The translations under genes were made by a program, and so were the position numbers. Under the pieces are notes generated by a model that ran no database searches, was not told the origin of the DNA, and saw only the letters and a program-made list of their open reading frames with translations. Below, one piece after another: positions 61,279 through 64,000 of a DNA stretch of 64,000 nucleotides (positions are counted from its first letter, which is position 1; each line of letters starts with the position of its first letter). Source of the stretch: Escherichia phage VEc20; sequence record MN022785.1; one strand, 5' to 3'.

Positions 61279-61497
61279 TCATTTTACACCATTCCAAATT
61301 GTTTCAACCACAGATTTTAAACCATTTTGATGAATATCCATTCCGACTACTGCCATCAAATAGATTCCAACTACAACTGAACCTAAGGCAAAAATCAACA
61401 TGAAAATGAATAAAGCCGGAAAAATATTATCGAAAAACCATTCAATAAATGTAAAAACACTGCGTTTACGCTTCATATTTTCCTCACATAAATCCAA
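61279..61497 (-). CDS. small membrane protein
   Basis: 72-aa ORF with a long hydrophobic stretch. Confidence 0.4.
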   Translation of the reverse strand: MDLCEENMKRKRSVFTFIEWFFDNIFPALFIFMLIFALGSVVVGIYLMAVVGMDIHQNGLKSVVETIWNGVK

Positions 61498-61597
61498 AGT
61501 AAGCGTTTAATACATCAATCATTAAAACGATTGGGAATATACTCAAAACTACTAGTATTATAACTACATTCCATATAGCTTTAACAATCTTTTTCAT
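61484..61597 (-). CDS. small membrane protein (37 aa)
   Basis: From ATG 61597 with RBS GGAGG (MKKIVKAIWNVVIILVVLSIFPIVLM...). Confidence 0.4.
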   Translation of the reverse strand: MKKIVKAIWNVVIILVVLSIFPIVLMIDVLNAYFGFM

Positions 61598-61625
61598 TTT
61601 GTGTTCCTCCGTAGTTGATAGGGTA

Positions 61626-61654
61626 ATAGTACCACGGAGGAACAGTCTTGTAAA
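61626..61654 (-). promoter_or_regulatory. early promoter (TTTACA-N17-TACTAT)
   Basis: GATAGGGTAATAGTACCA family member. Confidence 0.5.
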
Positions 61655-61839
61655 CAACTTTTTAAAAATATTCGTAATAAATGTGAATACCAACTACTAC
61701 CGCTGAAACCTGTGCAACCCACCACGCACAAGCAATAAGTACAGAATTCAAAATTTTCATAATAACCTCATTACAAAAGTAAATGTTAAACAAATTAATG
61801 GAATACTAATTAACCAAACAAAACACCACCATAATGAAC

Positions 61840-62103
61840 TCATAGTTCAATCTCAGCGATTTTCATTTCATTATTGTTAATAGCATTTTTAAGACTATCC
61901 GAAAGAATTACATTCCAGTGGTCATTCATATGACCATTAACTAAGCGTGTAATTTCTTCGGGAGTTGAAAAATAAGGCGTATCAGACTCCCAATGCGATA
62001 ATCCTAAGCGAGTATAAATCATGCCTTCATCATCGCTAGAATATTCAACTGACACAAACTCATCAGTTATTTTATGTTTAGCGTAATAAAATTTAAATTT
62101 CAT
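61840..62103 (-). CDS. hypothetical protein (87 aa)
   Basis: From ATG 62103 with RBS GGAG. Confidence 0.5.
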   Translation of the reverse strand: MKFKFYYAKHKITDEFVSVEYSSDDEGMIYTRLGLSHWESDTPYFSTPEEITRLVNGHMNDHWNVILSDSLKNAINNNEMKIAEIEL

Positions 62104-62137
62104 TTTACTCTCCAAATCCGTATCAGTTGATAGTTGT

Positions 62138-62166
62138 ATAGTACCACGGTCCTTGTGGTATGTAAA
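62138..62166 (-). promoter_or_regulatory. early promoter (TTTACA-N17-TACTAT)
   Basis: Third copy of the GATAGTTGTATAGTACCA cassette (62129-62190). Confidence 0.5.
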
Positions 62167-62183
62167 CCATTTTGTGAAATTTT

Positions 62184-62741
62184 TTAAATGGAAAGATACC
62201 ATCCGCTGTAGTTGCTTTTTCTTACAACCTTACGAAGGTCTTCTCTATCACCGATGAACTTCGGAGTGTATTGGATGACACCTGGATGAATTTCTTTAGT
62301 GTTGAATATAATTATACAGTCAGCGACTTGATGATTTAGAATGGGCCCTAGATTTATTCCAGAACCATATGGATACTCTCCGCTGCATCCTGTTGTCACC
62401 GAAATCCAACGTGAGTCAGTTTGATGTGTCTTAACTTCTACACGAAGCCCGCAGTATCTTGGATGCGCCAATACATCCCATGCATATGTGTACGGATCAT
62501 CGACATCTTCTTGACCTTTGTTAACATACCCGCTCAGCCAATCTGCTACAAAAAACTCTGCGTACACAGCGATACGGCATCTTTCGATAACTTCTGCCTT
62601 ATCCTGATTTGGGTTTTGTTTTAAAGAGTATCTTGCAGTATCAACAATTTTGACCTTCATTTCACTAGTCAAGTCACTGTTCGATAGGGTAAATGTCGGA
62701 ATCTGAAATAGTCTCTGTAACCCCGGATTCGTTTTCTGCAT
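62184..62741 (-). CDS. denB: endonuclease IV-like protein
   Basis: 185-aa ORF, T4 DenB length, between ndd and rIIB. Confidence 0.6.
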   Translation of the reverse strand: MQKTNPGLQRLFQIPTFTLSNSDLTSEMKVKIVDTARYSLKQNPNQDKAEVIERCRIAVYAEFFVADWLSGYVNKGQEDVDDPYTYAWDVLAHPRYCGLRVEVKTHQTDSRWISVTTGCSGEYPYGSGINLGPILNHQVADCIIIFNTKEIHPGVIQYTPKFIGDREDLRKVVRKSNYSGWYLSI

Positions 62742-62800
62742 TTAAACTTTCCTTTTATGTCTGAATCACTGGTATTCATATAATAAATCATAATTTCTCT

Positions 62801-62823
62801 TAAAACAAAAGGGCCGAAGCCCT
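62801..62823 (-). terminator. UUCG hairpin with U-run
   Basis: AGGGC-CGAA-GCCCT; minus-strand RNA hairpin followed by UUUUGUUUU; the same hairpin recurs at 63038. Confidence 0.45.
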
Positions 62824-62827
62824 TATT

Positions 62828-63022
62828 TTATTTGAATTGTGCAATTCTTTTCTCTAGACATTCAGCATAAGATTTCATTGAGATAAACTGCGAAAGTAAC
62901 AGTTCTTGCTCAACTGCATTAACTGTTAGAAACTTTGCGCTTTCTAAAAATTTGCTCAGTGCATTAATTTTGAGCATTAATTGATCGTATTCTTCTTTTA
63001 CTCGTGCTTGATAACCTAACAT
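62828..63022 (-). CDS. hypothetical protein
   Basis: 64-aa ORF flanked by two copies of the AAGGGCCGAAGCCCTTA hairpin. Confidence 0.45.
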   Translation of the reverse strand: MLGYQARVKEEYDQLMLKINALSKFLESAKFLTVNAVEQELLLSQFISMKSYAECLEKRIAQFK

Positions 63023-63037
63023 AATTTTCCTCAGTTA

Positions 63038-63051
63038 AGGGCCGAAGCCCT
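63038..63051. other. intergenic UUCG hairpin
   Basis: AGGGC-CGAA-GCCCT directly after the rIIB stop. Confidence 0.4.
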
Positions 63052-63989
63052 TATTTAAATTGTTCAGTAACGTCTTCAACTACTTCGTATTGGCAGGTAC
63101 GCATTTTAGCATCGTTGTAATCAATCGGAATTGATACTACATCACGCGGATGTACTTTAACTTTTACAACTCGGCTAGTTGAACTGCCAAAGTGACGAAT
63201 ATAAGATTTAGAACACACATGCAGACCGCGAGAACAAGTTTGTGTATCATCGTCATTCACACGAGTACGTGGCATTTTAACTACTTTACCAGGGCTGTTA
63301 TCAAAAGTATTTGAATGACAGTCAAAGTAATTGCTGCGAACTACTTTCCAAGCATAGAAGTAACCGTCTTCTGTAATTTCAATATCGTTTGCTACCAAGA
63401 AATCAAAGAGTCGAGATACCGCTTTTTGGCTTGGGTTTTCCAACAGATTTTCCAAGAACGGAAAATAGAATTCAAAGTTTTCGCCTTTTTCCATCGAGTC
63501 AAGAATACGATCAACCAAACCAGATCGCAATTCAATATTTTGATAGAACAAGCTTCCACCTTCAATTCGAACATCGCCGGAAATATATTTTTCAACAGCG
63601 CGACGAACATTAATTTTTTGTGCCGCTTCTTCCAACTTATCCGCTACAAGCAGATTAAGAATTTCCTGGAAGTTTGAATGAGTATTAGGAGTTGCGTTAT
63701 AAGTTACACCGTCAACAGTAATTGAAATGAATTTTTTAGATGCATTCCAAATAATGTCAGATTTAGCAACTGGAGCAATAACTGCATCGCTATTAACTTT
63801 AACTGTAATGTCACCGCTAATAGTAACTTTAGAGCGTTCTGCTTCTTCAGCATTTTTCAAAACACGACGGATTGTGTCAACCGATACACCTTGCCAATCA
63901 GCCAATTCCTGTTGGGTGTAATTACCACTTGAATACAGCTTAACAATTTCAGCTTGTTCGTTTTTGGTCAGGCATTTAATATTGTACAT
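63051..63989 (-). CDS. rIIB: rIIB protein
   Basis: 312-aa ORF, T4 rIIB length, at the end of the early array. Confidence 0.8.
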   Translation of the reverse strand: MYNIKCLTKNEQAEIVKLYSSGNYTQQELADWQGVSVDTIRRVLKNAEEAERSKVTISGDITVKVNSDAVIAPVAKSDIIWNASKKFISITVDGVTYNATPNTHSNFQEILNLLVADKLEEAAQKINVRRAVEKYISGDVRIEGGSLFYQNIELRSGLVDRILDSMEKGENFEFYFPFLENLLENPSQKAVSRLFDFLVANDIEITEDGYFYAWKVVRSNYFDCHSNTFDNSPGKVVKMPRTRVNDDDTQTCSRGLHVCSKSYIRHFGSSTSRVVKVKVHPRDVVSIPIDYNDAKMRTCQYEVVEDVTEQFK

Positions 63990-64000
63990 AATTTTCCTTA

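Overview
This 64 kb window reads as one contiguous piece of a T-even (T4-like) myovirus genome, running from head-vertex gene 24 to rIIB with the same gene order and strand layout I recall for phage T4. No search could be run; all calls rest on recognised protein sequences, lengths, motifs and positions. The plus strand carries late structural genes (24, baseplate hub 51/27/28/29/48/54, long tail fibre 34-37, adhesin 38, holin t), each cluster behind an exact TATAAATA late promoter. The minus strand carries the early/middle genes (uvsY, alt, ligase 30, 31, cd, pseT, alc, rnlA, denA, nrdB, nrdA, td, frd, 32, 59, 33, rnh, asiA, motA, 52, stp, ndd, denB, rIIB) behind sigma70-like early promoters and MotA-box middle promoters. 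I found no single new multi-gene system. The features most worth a second look are departures from the T4 reference as I remember it: a ~415 bp cassette with a 115-aa ORF inserted between frd and td, an extra tandemly duplicated Ig-like domain in Hoc, a T2-type glycine-rich gp38 adhesin, an uninterrupted nrdB, a tandem partial duplication of the alt 5' end, and repeated early-promoter cassettes. Four homing-endonuclease genes (segE-like, mobE-like, I-TevI in the td intron, segG-like) lie in the window.
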